64,000 nucleotides of DNA from Lama guanicoe. Its lineage: Eukaryota. Below, piece by piece: positions 37,160-51,070 of this stretch (position 1 is its first letter; every line of letters begins with the position of its first letter). The DNA is taken from assembly GCA_013239625.1 (NCBI GenBank), contig MU054187.1, forward strand, positions 3,111,757 through 3,175,756, written 5' to 3'. The notes under the pieces were generated by a model that worked only from the letters and a program-made list of their open reading frames with translations, searched no databases and was not told where the DNA came from. Position numbers and translations under genes: made by a program.

Positions 37160-40100
37160 AATGCTGCTTAAATCAAACACACTCTGCTGGTGCCTCATCT
37201 GCCTGAAGCATCTTCCCCTTCTCTCTGAGGCCTCCCAGTGTTCAAGGACTTGCTCCGCTTCTGTCCTCAGCATGCATCCCTCCCACGTTCCTTTGGTGGA
37301 ATTTATGTTTCTATGGAGTCTATTCATTCAACCATCTTTGCTGGTTGCTAACGTATGACTCTTAAGTCATGGTCAAACAGGCAATGTTCCCGCTTTCTTG
37401 AGGCTCGGATTCTGGTCGGGAACTGTTTGTGAATAATGAAGTGAAAGCCACCCAGGCTGGCAAAGTGGGAGGCCGTGCCGTTCAAGGACACGGACAGAAC
37501 CAGTGCACAGGAGGCACTAAATCTGAAATGGAGACGTCACAGGAGATGAAGCGGTGACCTGTCCCTCACCCTCCGTCTGCTTCGCTTGCTGAGGGGGCAT
37601 ATGGATGTCTGTGTCTGTGTTGTTGTTCGTGGCAACGTCGCCCCTCCGTCTGCAGACGGGCTTCGCTTTCTCCTCTGTCTGAGCCACACGTGGTCGGATA
37701 GCTGCCTGAGCCTAGCCTCGCGCGACCTCCCAGTTGACCCTCCGGACTCCCGGTTCTCAGGACTGGCTCTGTCCACACAGCAGGCTGATTCTGTCCCTGC
37801 CCAGCTGTGTGGTGCTGCTCACGTGGTTTTGTGGGTCCACAATTTCAGACCGGCCATGTGAGTTTTAAGCTTCGGGGACCTCTCCCGTAAGGGGTTCGGT
37901 TCTTTCCACCTGTCTGGCGACTCCATTGCACTAGGCGTCATCTGAAGAGGCATCAAAAACTGTCCACAGAGACCTAATTGAGATGAAACAGAAGGATTTT
38001 GCTCACAACCGGCCAATGACGTAGCTACATCACATTTAGTGTCCCATTTAGGTTTGGTGTTCTTGAATCAGTGCCTCAGCTCTCGGGACTCTTTATACCC
38101 ACGCTGATGACCTATGTTTGTGTGCAGAACTGAACACCACTAGGCAGCCTCGTTTGGCCTGAGGTCTTCTCGCATATCCGACTGTGAGTCGGAAACTTAA
38201 AAACTCCAATGCCAAGGAACTGCTTACTCAGGTTTTTTTAAAATACCTTCTGGATTGGGGGAAATTACCTGAAAAGTTAGTATGTCCTTTTTTCTAACAT
38301 TTGCAAGTTGCATGAGCCTTTTCTCATTCACTAAAATCTTAATGGCATTTAAGTTAATATATATATTTCAAGGTCATTTTAAAATTTCATAATTCTGTCA
38401 GAGATAGTGCTGTAGGTTTCTGATGATTTGACTAGAAAGTTACTAAGGATGAACTTTAGAGACATCTAAAGGTAGCTACATGTGAATCAAAGAACACATT
38501 TTTTGTTTTAGAAAGATGCAACAGGTCGGTTTCCACACATAAAATCAAAATTCTCTCTCTTCCAGCAATAACATGACAGAACGACTCACATTTACTATGA
38601 AAATAAAGCCATGGATTCTAAGGAACGTGTACAAAATTGGGTCATCTGTCCTATCTGTTTGTTTGTTTCACATTCTGGCTTTGATGCCCTAATTCTGTAT
38701 CTCCGGATGCCTGATTCGCTGCTTCATGAGAAACTTTTCTATGAGCATTGGTTGAGTTTCCTAATTCCTGGGGGTGTCCAGAATCACCTGCGTGGGCTGG
38801 ACACCTCAGTTCATCTAGCGCATCCTGCCTGGCCCAGCTGGCTATGGATTCCCCTCAATTCAGAAGATTTTTAATCCATGGCCTTTTACCACCTTCAGTT
38901 TCTAACATCTAATACATCCTTTGACTTGTGATCATCTTGTTTGAAATGGAAAAAAAAGGTCACATCAACTGTGAATGTCAGCTGTAGCTCAATTAATGCA
39001 GAAACGAAGGCAGGACGCAGTACCCACCAGCCAGCCCTGGGTAATTTTTGAATAATTCAGTGAATGGTCCTTTCCTTTAAAATGGTACAGACCTTGTTAT
39101 TAGGCACGTTGACAGCAAACTGGCACTATGCCACTTTCAGTGGTCATCATACGTCAGCCTTGTTTCTGGGAGAACATGTATCCATAGGTTCCACGGCATT
39201 AACCAAGCGTACTGCGGCGGGCAGCGCTAACGATTCAACAGGGAACCAGACACGCCCTCCAAACTCTACACGAAGAGGAACGGAATGGGTGTGGCGGTAA
39301 CGATGGATAAGATCCTTTTCTGTTACCTGCTCCCATCAATGATTCAACTTTCTGGTCATCCAGACCTCTGAAAATAACCCACAATCATTTAAGGTCAAGA
39401 TGAATGGAGTCAGAGACAGCGTTCAGCTGCTGAATTCTAAAGGGGATGTTGAATTTCAAATTGCATATACGTGGCCGCTGGTTCTTCTGCAAGATTTATA
39501 TGGAATGTAGTCTTGTTGCCGCTGTAACCTACTGACTTGGCTTAGACATGAACCCCATTGCATGAGATAATTAATTATGGAGCTAGGAAAAAAGGCGTCC
39601 TGTAACCTACGCAGCTTTGGGAGACAGTGAGTGGCTGCTTCTTATCAATGATTTGTAAGCTTGTTGAGTTAAAAAAAAAATCCATGAAAGTTTTAAAAAG
39701 TCAAAACCAAAATCTCTGCGCCAGGAAGGAAGTCCATGATTGTCTATTTGAATTCAGTACAGCAGCCCAGGCGGATCAGAACGATGGCCCCTTAGCCTCT
39801 TCTCAAATGCACCAGCGGCAGTGACGTGTGTTTTGCCTTGAGGGGCTTCGCGGGCTTGAACCACCAGGAAGAAAACGTTTCAGTGCAGTTTATCAGCCTC
39901 TGAGAAAAGGTATCAGCTTTCTTCTCCCCAAGGCTGCCTGGCTCCAGCACCTGGCCAAGTTTTGTATCATGTACTTGTTCCATTTTCATTATTGGTCAGG
40001 GTGGTTTTTTTCTCCCCACAGCATATTATATTAACTGAATGCCAGCGGCTTGTATTTCTACAGAAGTGTCACTTTCCTCCCAGAAGGAAAATCCAGAAGG

Positions 40101-40360
40101 AAAGTCCCACACTGGATTCGAATGGATAAAACTTTGTAAAAATGTCATTCCTCTTCCAACAGATTTAAATTGTGTGCATGTGTAGAAAGCATCCCCAGCT
40201 AGATTCACGAGCTCCGGTGCGTCCCAGTGATTTAAGAAAGAGCTGTTCAGAGCAGCCGCAACTGCACACCGAGGAGGGGAAAAGCAAACGGGTCCATGAC
40301 GTCTTGCTTTCAGTTAGATTCTTGGCATCCAGTGGGAGAAGGCTGCTGAAATTTCCTGTT

Positions 40361-40361
<1 letters not shown>

Positions 40362-40398
<37 letters not shown>
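40362..40398 (+). repeat. Poly(A) tract, 37 A
   Basis: Counted directly. Confidence 0.95.
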
Positions 40399-40400
<2 letters not shown>

Positions 40401-41329
40401 AGAAGCAGATGTAGAACTGAGTACACGCGTTGTCTTGACTTTCCCGTTTTCCCCAACCTGCAGGATTTCAGCCACGCCCCCTTCAGGCCAGGACTGCTTT
40501 TGTTTTACCGCCGTGTTTTGCCTGCTGGTGCTTGGAACAATGCAGACATTCAGTGTCTGCTGAATACAGGAGTCGTCGTCTGAGCGAGGGGGCTACGGCA
40601 GAGGAGGATGCACAGTGTGGACTAATTTTCCGTAGATGGAAAATCAGGAGTTGCTGCAGATAATAGTCTGGAATCTGTAAGAATTCTCAGTCCACAGTCT
40701 GAGGCTTAAACCGCCAAGGTTGCCCTCACCAATGGCCGCTCCCAGGATAAGCGGCCTCAGGGGCTGTAGAAAAGTGAGGGCAGGTGTTGTTTACGCCCCC
40801 AAAAATGTGTTGGTTACTGATTACTGAGCACTTGGGCTGTGGGGAAGCACTCTTGGAAGAGATGCCCTGCTGAAGTCTCTGCGGTGACGTCAGAGTGAGG
40901 AGCTGGGACTCAGTGCATTTATGTGTCCGCCTGGAGGGTCAGGGGCAAAAGCTACAGCAGAGAATGAATGTGAGTCAAAATCAGAAAGAGCAGAGACCTA
41001 ATGAACTGTGCACAGGCTACTCCTGCAGTTCACCCCTCCAGGCTCCTTCTCTTGGGTAACTGTATGCAGGCAGGTGATGGATGCAGGTTAACCTGGTCCC
41101 CACGTTTCCTAAAACCAGAACCAGAGGAGGATGATGCCAGAAAGCCCGGGGCAGTGGCAAAACCGCAAGTCAAATGAATCTGTCTGATTTTAACTGCTTT
41201 GTTGAAGAGTTTTGTGTCAGAAACAATTTGCAAAAATGGGTGATCTGAGGATTGATTTGCTTTTATATATGCTGTGCCTTTTCCTCTCTGTGTAAATATT
41301 CTATTCCTTCCTCAGCTCAGTGGTACTAA

Positions 41330-41550
41330 CATGTTATCACTAATCTTTTATCCAGTTTGGGAGCCAGATGCACAGCAGTGACCTCATGCCGCCATGTTTT
41401 TCCCCGGATGCCTCTTCAGCAAAGACAATGGATTTAGACCATTTATCATGTGGATGCTAAGGAAACACTTTTTTGGGATAACTTTCATGTACAAGTTTTA
41501 CGGGGTTTATTGTTATAGCAATAGTTAAAATACCAGCAGACTGGTATTCA
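41330..41550 (+). mobile_element. Old MLT1-type LTR 3' part
   Basis: ggggtttattgttatagcaatag...cagactggtattca resembles a MaLR LTR end. Confidence 0.45.
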
Positions 41551-43229
41551 ACCCCGTAATTTTTTCAGACCAAGCATTATGCAGAATGAAGGACCAGCGC
41601 GGTCCCAGAGTGTTCGCTCTTGGGCACTGCGTAAATGGCATCTTGTTCCAAGGGTTTTATATCTCAAGGGTTTATGATGAACTTGAACATAGGCAGAAGT
41701 CACTTTTTACTCATAAAAGATCAAAGCCAGGAGGGGAGGGGGCCATTGTCTTCGCGACGCACGCGGCGCTGTGTTTGGAGAGCGGCTCTCAGCTCCTCCT
41801 GCGTCCTCTCGTACACGTGGTGTTCCCTCCTCCACTCGTGCTGAGTCCCTTTCTCGTCATCGAGTTAAAGTGCTGCCGGAGAGAAGTCATGACATTGACA
41901 CAGATTACATTTTTCAGTGGAGTCTGTCTTCCTTCTGCCTGTGTTGTGCCCCCCAAAATAAAGCAAGCAGGGAGCCGAGGCAAGCTCCCTCCGCTCTCAC
42001 AGCCCTCCTCTTGTTCTCCAAATATGAAAAGTCGTTAACTTGTCCGTCCCCGTGAGGACGGCCCTGACCAAATCTTGGACGCACTGGAACTGCTGCTCCC
42101 AGCCGCACAGCCAGTGTCCGCAGTCCCGCCCCCCGGGGCAGGCTTGTCTCCGCCGCGCACAGCTGCCGAGGGCGGGCTGTACAGCAGTCCAGGATACAAG
42201 GCAGCGTACGAACTCTAAGGGCTTTTCTTTTTTCTAGAAAATCTGTAAATGGCTCTTTTTCAAAGCCTTGCTTATAATCTCACGGAACAAGTGGTCCTTT
42301 TTAAAACTGAAAGAAATGTTCACACTTGGATAAAGACAGCCATGCTGGAAATGCCCCTGGAACGTCCTGTCCCTGGGGGCTGGCGAGGCACAGGGCGGCG
42401 GCTCAGGTTGGCCACGTCTTCTGGGAAGGGGGTTTGAACTGCAGGAGACAGACCCTTGCCTAAAAGCACTGACCTCCTTTACGTGGATTCCTGGGGGCAG
42501 AAAGGGATTCACCCGAGGGGCCCCTGTTTCTCAGCTCCGTGGGGAGGTTTGCTCAGGGCTCTCCTGGAGCTGCAGTGAGGTCACTGGGGAAGAAGGCGGT
42601 GCCTTGTGGGGAAATACTCCAAACCCTTTCCTCCTCGGTCCTCACTCCAGAGCCCATCTGCTCCTTTCTTCCTCCCCTTCTCCTGCCCCGCCTCTGCCCC
42701 GCCCTGTAGTGCCGGGGCCCCTTCTGCTGACGCTGCCTTCGTTGGAGTGTTTGCCATCAGCTGAAGTCTGCATGGTTCGTCTCTCCTGGTCCTTTACGTT
42801 CAGGGTTTGACGGCCAAGTTTGGGTCACTGCAGACCTTTCTGGTCTCTACCTCTAATATTTTTCTAGATCACAGAGAGAAGTGACACAAACATTGAACAA
42901 ATAAAGAGTGGATTCACTCACTAAGCCCGAACATCATTTTATTGGCATAAACTGTACCAACGCCAGGGGAGCGGGCTCACCTGCGGTGAATGGCTGGGCA
43001 CTTCCCTGCTTCAGTGGCAGGTCCTCTCTGGGCCTCCGAGAAGAAGTTTGTTTGCAAACACATTACAGGCTGCTTAAAGGGGCACTCACATTTGGAAAAT
43101 GCCTGAGATCCTTTAAGCCCCTGTATCCTACAACACAACAGTGCGTGGTGTGCAAGAAGATGCAGTCAGCGTTGGCTGAGCACGTGCACCCGCAGAGAGA
43201 CCCCAGGCAGGAAATGTGGTGCAGCAGTG

Positions 43230-43430
43230 AACTTGCCTGGGGGCTCTGGGCCTGTGATTCTGGGTTCAGGTCCTCTTGAGAAGATTCTTTAGCCTTCCAA
43301 CATTTGGCTTCCGTGTTTGTGAAACAATGAGGATAATATCCGCTTTATTCATGAGCATTAAATTAGATAATGTGTGAAGGGACTTAACATTGGTCTGGCA
43401 TTTACTAAGCCATTTAATACCATATGAATG
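43230..43430 (+). mobile_element. MIR SINE
   Basis: ctgggttcaggtcc...atgaggataata...gagcattaaattagataatgtgtgaaggg...tctggcatttactaagc. Confidence 0.65.
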
Positions 43431-44494
43431 GTAGCTACTAATAGTATATTAATTGATTTATTCCTTGCCCACCTATTGTGGATAAGGACACAGGGACGCA
43501 GAGAATTAATGCAGTCTGTCCAAGGTTACGGAGCTGAGAGCCGCTGGGGGTGGGGGGGCTGCACCTGGCAGCCAGCCCTGGCGCGCCTGCCCTCCCCAGC
43601 CCTCAGGCACCCCGAGCTCCGAGGAGGCACAGTGGCTTTGGGGGGGTGATGACCCCCCTGATGAGTGTGAGGCTGAAACACGTTGAGAGAGCTGAGGGCG
43701 GTGATTTCTTTCTCCCAAGGCTCTTGCCCTGTAATGATGGATCCACCTGTCTGGTCATTTTTATGGCATTTTTCAGTGTAGAATTTGAAGGGTCAGACTA
43801 ATTAATAGTTCTGAATTCTAACTGACTATATTACACTCAGAAATGAGAAATCACTATTAGACTTAATTAACTGGATTCCCTCCAGACCTTTTTCTAATAG
43901 CATCGCGCTGAGGCCTGCCCTGGCCGACCCGTCTAAAATTCCCGGCAACACACATGCGCACACATCCCCTCAACCGATGGAGGAAACTTCTGTCGCCCTT
44001 CCCTCTGTGTGTGCCCCACTCCACACTTACAACACCTCGGATTCTCTGTGTTACTCACGCGCCTTGTTGGCCATCCACCTCCCCTACTAGAGTGTGAGCC
44101 TGCGAGGTGGTGCCCAGTGAATCCTTGCAGGATAGATGGACAGACGCACCCCTGCTGTCTCCCCACGACTGGTCACCCTTCAGCCTGCCTCTTTCACGGA
44201 ACCTGCGTTCTCTAGCTAGTCCGGCTACCTCCCCTCTTTGACAAATTGCCCCTAAAATTCTTCATGGTGTTTCATTTCTAGTCTATCACCTACTGTGCCC
44301 TCAATTAAACTAGTAAATAAATAATACAGGTCTGTTTTGCCTTAGAGGTATTGGATTTACTTTTCTGAAAGGTGTGAAAAGACCATTTGGCATCTCTGAC
44401 ATTATACCCAGGGAGGTGAGACTTCAGGGAAACCATATTATATCAAAGGGGGTGAAAAGGAGAGGAAAGAGAAGATACAAAGGAAGGGATAGTC

Positions 44495-44650
44495 AACTGG
44501 AAGTCAGGAGCCTGGGTTCTACTGCTGGGAGTTACTGCTCGTGTGGCTCTGGGAAAGCACTGGATTTCTCCAGGACTGAAATCCCCTCCCTGGAAAGTGA
44601 GTGGCTCAGCTCAGATGAGCCCAAAGTTCTCCAAAGGCCTGTCATTCTAG
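44495..44650 (+). mobile_element. MIR (MIRc/MIR3-like) SINE
   Basis: gaagtcaggagcctgggttctact...gtgtggctctgggaaagcact...cattctag. Confidence 0.55.
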
Positions 44651-45681
44651 GTGTAACCAGGTACCGCAGGTCTAATCAGCACCAACAGTCCACGTATCAA
44701 ACTTAAAACATGTCTTCTAATGTCAGGGACACTTTACAAGCTCTACATCTCTCTACGGTGCTGAAGAAATTGTTTTCCTTTCTCAGGTGTGAGGATTGCT
44801 CCAACGAGGTTTAGTTTAAAGAGCTTCTGTTTTGAATCCCTCTGCACCCGAGACAACCCTTCATTTTCTGAATAGTAATAGAAACAAAACTGTCAGGATT
44901 TTCAAATCTGATGGAAGGTGGCCTTTGGCAACCTTTTAAATTTGTTCTCTCGGCTCATGCAAAACATGCAGCTTTCTTTGAAAATAAAATTGGTTTGAAA
45001 CAAATGGGGATTTGGAAACAGGCAGCTGAGCAGATTTCCTTCTGTAAATATCACATTGACTCTCCGTAGGGGTTGGGAAATGCCAGGAATTTAAAAATAG
45101 GCTTTGGTCGTAATAGGCTAAAGGGTCACCCTTCTGGAATGTTAGACGCTGCTAGTAATATTAAGTTCTCTCCATTGAAGAGAAGAGTTGGCTTAAAAAA
45201 ATATATATATATATATATATTTATATGAAGGATCTCCTTTTAGACTATAATCAATCTTTATCCATGTCCTGGAAGAAAGAGAGTTATTAGTTTTAATGAA
45301 ATGAGATATCACGAGAGCACTGAGTTGGGGAACTGGCCAAAGGCCAAAACCAACACCTCCCAGATATCATCCGAAAACTGCCTTAGGTAAGTTCTAAGAT
45401 GGGTTTGCCTTTGCATCACTTTATTGGAGAATGCACATGTGAATATTTTCTGGACATTAACAGAGGGGCGGGATGCTGATAAATGAATCCATTCATTAAC
45501 GAAACATGTTGAGTGACACTGACATTGATTAAGATCCTTCTCAGAACAAGACTTTCCTATAGACTGCCAACATTAATTCATGCAACAAATATGTGGGGGT
45601 CATATTATTTTCCCATGAAATGCTTGAGGAAACGGCTCAGAGAAGGCTGATAACTTGCCTAAGACCAAACAGCTAATGAGT

Positions 45682-46065
45682 TGTTAGGGACTGAGTGCTT
45701 GCGTCCCGGCAAAACTCCTGTGTTGGAGCCCTAACCCCCAGCGTGATGGTGTTAGGAGGTGGGGCTTTGCAAGGTAATCAGGCTTAGACGAGGTCGTGAG
45801 GTTGGAGCTCTCATAACGCGGTTAGTTCCTTAGAAGGAAAGGAAGACAGTCCAGAGCTGTCCCCCTCCACGAGCACACACTGCTAAGGGAAAGCACGCAC
45901 AGCAGGAGGGCGGCTGTCTGCAAGCCGGGGAGAGAGCCCCACCAGGAGCCGAATCAACCAGCCCCTTGACCTTGCACTTCTTATCCCCCAGGGCAGTGGG
46001 GAATCTATTTCTGTTGTTTAAGCTGCTCAGTGTGTGGTATTTGTTGTGGCAGCCTGAGCTAAACA
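45682..46065 (+). mobile_element. MLT1A-like MaLR LTR inserted into a MIR
   Basis: TGTTAGGGACTGA...cctaacccccagcgtgatggtgttaggaggtgggg...ttgaccttgcacttc...ttgttgtggcagcctgagctAAACA; MIR-like halves on either side. Confidence 0.85.
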
Positions 46066-47199
46066 GTGCTATTAGGACCCACTTCCGTCAGATTTCAAAG
46101 TCCAGGCCGACAAGGATATGGGGTCAAGGAAGCTGTCATGAGAGAGTGGTGTCGATGGGCTAACTGGAGGTACACAGCTTCGGGGACCGCTGCGGTCCAG
46201 AAGCTAGAGCCTAACGGAGATTAGCTCCTTTCTCACCGAAGTGGAAACCAGGAAAGTGGGCAGATACCTTCCTAGTTTCTCCCTGTCCTCCGTGGGCCCC
46301 CACAGAACCGGTCTCTAAGCCCTAAAGCATCTACCTCTCCGCCTGGGGGCAAGTCTGTCCTCTGCCCACCTGCCACCTGGCCTTAGTCCAGCACCTTCTC
46401 TCCCCATCGGTCCTCCTGCCTTCAGTCTGACTCCTTCAGTCCCTCCTCCCCCTGGAATGATCTCTTAAAGCTAAAAATTGTTTCTGCTATTTTCTTGCTT
46501 TGAGTCCTTCAGGGGTAGCAGGTACGAAGTGGGGAGTGTCTGTGAGCCTCTGTGAGCAGGGTGGGCGATGTGGCGGCCACAGTACCGTGGTGGGAGATAC
46601 AGCCCATCACCGGTGATGCGGACGGCTGTGCTCTGGGCCTTGTCTCCTCTGCCTGACCCGATGCCCTTCCTCTCCACCCCTCCCCCGTGTCCCCAGTAGG
46701 ACCAGCCAGACCCAGGAAGCAGTTATGCTTTGCTAGAGATGAAGACAGAAATGAATGCAAAAATAGATCCTTATGATTCTGAAGCTGGAATTGTATGCAA
46801 ATGTAAATAATGCATATTTAAAGTAATCACAGTAATGCTATTTATGTGACAGCTTCTCACCTAAAGACGGCAAAGCAGTTTACGGAGATTTTCCCTCTGT
46901 AATCCTCGCCATTCTCCACTGAATTGTGCTATAAATGCTACTTCAAATCATGAACGTCCCCACTCCCCTTCAGCTTCCAGGCCATCGCTGGGTATTTGAC
47001 TGGGTCACTTAACGCAGATGCTGCATTTGAGAATCCTTGTCTTTTCGACTAGAAGCTGAAGTGCAGTGCTCAGCTGTAACGAACATCTGAGTTCGGGCCA
47101 CCAGCAAGCCACACTCAAGTGTGCAGAAATGTACCAAAGGTCCATCAGGGCTACTCCTGTTTTGATTGAAATTAGGAACACAATCTTTGCCAGTGTATT

Positions 47200-47690
47200 G
47201 AAGGCCAGAGCAGCCTCCGTGGCTGAGTTGTTCCGTCAAAACATACTGCTTTCTGCCACCCGGGACGGGCGCTGTGGCGGAGACAGTCCTCCAGGCTCTG
47301 CAGGATCTGCCTCCTGTCCTCGCGTGCTGCCTGATCGCCTCTCCTTTGCTCCTCTCGGTCCTGTTACCCTGGCCCCTGTTCCCAGTCATGCTCTGCCCCA
47401 GGACCCTTGCACTTGCTGTCCCCCTGGCTGGAGGCTCTTTCCCCATATGTCATCCAGCTCCCGTCCTTGTGCCACCCCTGATTCTCCTTCCCCTCCTTTA
47501 CGTTTATCCGGCTTTATCAGCACCCGGCAGGCTTTACATTTATTGGTTTATTGTTCTTTTCTCCTTCTCAGATTATGAGCGCCATGAGAGCAGGGACTTT
47601 GTCTAAGGTTTTCCACCGTTGTGTCCCTACTGCCTAGAACTGTGCCCCAAACAGAGGCCCTCAAAAACTATCTGATGAATGAATAAATAA
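47200..47690 (+). mobile_element. L2a-like 3' end
   Basis: ccatgagagcagggactttgtc...ctgcctagaactgtgcc...aggccctcaaaaactatctgatgaatgaataaataa. Confidence 0.75.
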
Positions 47691-48029
47691 GTGGATAGAC
47701 AAAAGGCCCTCGGCTTATATCTGAGGGGTAATTAGAAAGAGTCGTACGCCTGTTTACAGCTGAGTTGAGCTGTTCTTAAGGTAACTTGTTAAACTCAAAG
47801 TTTCAGCCACAGTGAGTACGTGATATTATGTTTGAATTTCCTTGAGATTTGTCATTTCAGCTAGGAGCCAAGGAAAGGGAAGGTAGTCCCATGGTCTACA
47901 AGTGTCATCAAGGCAGAAGCCCTTACAGAAACAATGAAGTAGCATGTGAATTGCAAGGCATGGATGTGACCCTTATTCACTGCTCCTCCTGCTGCGTGAT
48001 TGTTTCTGTCTATATGGAACGTGGACAGA

Positions 48030-48245
48030 ATATACATGCACACACATACATATGCAGGTACACACATACACACATAAGCATGTGTATACACACATACCTA
48101 TATACACATTCATATATACCCCCACACACACATACCTATATACACATTCGTATATACACACATACACATACATATGTATGCATGTACACATATATGTATA
48201 CATATACACACAAATACACATGCATATGCACACATAACATATATA
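48030..48245 (+). repeat. CA/TA low-complexity compound microsatellite
   Basis: Run of tacacacataca-type units. Confidence 0.9.
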
Positions 48246-50919
48246 GTTTTTATTTGCTTCTAAAGATGCAGTTTTAAGACCTGCTGATATATGTAAAGAA
48301 TTCCAAACTCTTTCCAAAGTGAAATCTCTTCTGCTAGCTGCCAGGAGGTTCCTTCAGCTGTTTCCCAGAATCCCACCAGCCGTCTCGATTTTCTCAGATC
48401 AGGACCTTGGAGCATTTCTTTTGGCCACTCGGCTCGCACTCACCATGGACGTCTGGTGTCCCCTCTACTGTCAGCCCACCCTCCTCCCACGGAGCCGAGG
48501 GCACTGTAGCGCGGGCAGAGGGACTCTGTTCAGGAGCTTCGGTCCTGGTGAGCCTGTCAGTTCTGTGACCCACAGAGAAAATCTATTCGGAACACAGAGA
48601 CCGAGTGTCACGCAGACAGACGGTCCTCTCTGCTGAGTGTGTTCACGGGCTGGCTACTGAGTGTCCCGGGAGAGCTGCAACTGCTTCACAACGTGAATGA
48701 GACGTGGGCCTGTTTCAGGGCCAAGGCTGATGCTGCTTGGAGGCAGCTGTGAACTATTTCGGAGGCTCAGTTCTCTTCCACGGTCCAAGGCTGGGCTGGA
48801 AGCACACCATCGGGGCAGCCGGTCCCGCAGCAGTGGGGTCCTGAAGGCCAGGGCTGGGTCGGAGCGAAAGTAGTGAAGAAGGTGTAAAATCGTCTTCAAG
48901 CTGAGGGTGAGACGTAGAAAGTTACAGGTCTGACGGTTGCTCGGGTTGGGCAGCCGCGGGAGCAGTTCTGAGGCAAAACGGACCAGGAGCTGGGTGTGTA
49001 GTCAGGACTGGAGGTGGGAGAGAGGGACAGAGCAAGTGTCTCAAGTGGCCTGCACTCCTGAGCACCTCCCCGCCCACCGGTGCATCACACGACTCTGGAC
49101 AGGCCTGACTGAAGGGTCCGCAGTCAGGGCGGCCACAGATCCCATCCACGTGCAGGGTGACAGAGTGGAAAGGATGCTCGCGACAGTTACTAATGATAGC
49201 TCACGGAGGAAGGAGGAGCCTGCAGCCCTTTTGAAAGAAGATAGAAATTCAATACACCCTTGCAAAAGTTGAAGACCAGGGTCAGTTTCAACCAGGATCA
49301 AATGCAGGGAGTACATCGGGAGGGAAAAGCAATTTGCTCAAATACAAGGTCAGAAATGAGAGGTTTTGGACTTTCTGGGTGGTGCGCCGTGTCTTACTGT
49401 TAAAGCGTCAGGAAACTGAGATTCTCAGTCAGAGCAATCACCAGAGTCACCCAGCTTTCTCTTCCTCACACACAGGCCCACCCCCCGCAATCCCAAACCC
49501 CTTCCCTGCCCTGGGCCGGTTTGGTCCACTTAGAGAGACGCGGCCTCTTCCTCTGAGCTGTTCTTATTCAAGCCATGGAGGAGGCACAGGCACAGAGTTA
49601 CATCATGTCTAAGCAGCGTTAGCATCACACGCCTGTGGGATAAATTGTATGATGTGCTGGCGGTAGCGGCCAGGATGATAGCATTTGCGCGAATGATGAT
49701 GTCAGCGGGCACCTGTCACCTCCTCTCCCAGCGGCAGGGAAAGTGACAAAGAGGAAGTGCTGTTTGTGCCTGCTGGAGTGGAGGAAGCTGGAGAACGCTG
49801 ATGGCAGTGGGGAGGGGAGCGCTTTGCAGGTTTCAGTACAACCAGAGCCTGAGGATGGATGGTCACAGGAGGAGAAGAGAGAGGGGCTGAAAAGCAGTGA
49901 GGCTAACTCAGAGGCTCAGACAAGAATACAGTGTAACTGGGATTCCTTCAGCTGGAGAATAGAAACTTGTGGGTTACTGTGTAGCAGGCATCTGGGTTTA
50001 TCAGGTATGGCAAATAAAATAGATAAAATTGGAGCACACAAGGGGACTATGGCTACAAGTCGCCTTTCTGTGACACTGTACAGGTTGCACAGCCCGTCTC
50101 CATATGATGTATACTTTGCTTTTTTCTAGCAACCCTGTAGGACAGGCAGGGTTATTACTCTCACTTAGCAGTTGGAGTGAGACCCAGAAAAACTTAAATG
50201 ACCATCTGGGACACAGACCCGTCTTGGTTAAGGGAACGCACACTAGCTGCTAAAACAAATGATTCCCAAAGCTAGGTGGCTTCACAGACGGATTTCTTGC
50301 TATTATCAGATACATACGTACTTGTATACTTAACACACATAAAATTAGCCTCAGCGTAACTAAGATGTCAGGCGTTAAACTGTAGCCAATATGTAACAAG
50401 GGTTGTGAAAATGAAGGGGTGATTATGAATTTTATTCCTTTGATCTGTTGTCTCCTGTTTTTGTGATGTAGTTTCATTTTTTTTATAATGACTATAATAG
50501 TTTTATAACTGGCAAAAGATGGTCCTTTTACCACTTTCTGAACTTGGGAGGATGGGCTCTTTTAAGAGCCCCTGCCAGCTGGTGCCTCACGTGGCGAGGT
50601 TTCTCCTTCTGTACGTAGAGGGTAAGTGCCCTGCAGGGAGATGAGTGGTCTTGGAAAGCGCTGTTGATCTGCTGAGTAGTTTGTATTTATGTACAAACTG
50701 AGACAACCTTATTTCTCTTTTGAATGATGCTGATTTAGGAAAAAGAGATCTTAGCTGAGGAATAAAAGAGGAGGTAAAGAAATACATGGAAATGAGAGAT
50801 TGAGATGAACTGGAGGGAAAAAAAGCAATGCGGTTGGGCTCTGCCCCGTCTTCGATGTTCATGACACCCATAATGGATAATATCTAATTATGGAAAGACA
50901 TGGTTGGGGCAGCACGCAA

Positions 50920-51070
50920 GCCTATTGATTTTGCCATCATGAGTACATTATCCTCCTACCTTGGCGAGATTAAAATGAATGGGGAGAGTAATGAGATTCT
51001 CCATAAATTAGAGTCATTCGTTTTAATCTCGAGAAAGGAAAGGATGTCATACTCTCAGCTCTTTAATTGA
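50920..51070. mobile_element. Ancient palindromic element (MER135-like by recall)
   Basis: 17-bp inverted arms at 50965-50981 and 51015-51031 (16/17), inner GGAGA/TCTCC stem, outer GAGTA/TACTC; family name from memory only. Confidence 0.55.

Noticed and set aside
40172..40414. ORF with poly-Lys tail
   Set aside because: The poly-Lys is the translated poly(A) tract.
47849..48317. His/Thr/Tyr- or Cys/Val-rich ORFs
   Set aside because: They are translations of CA/TA low-complexity repeat.
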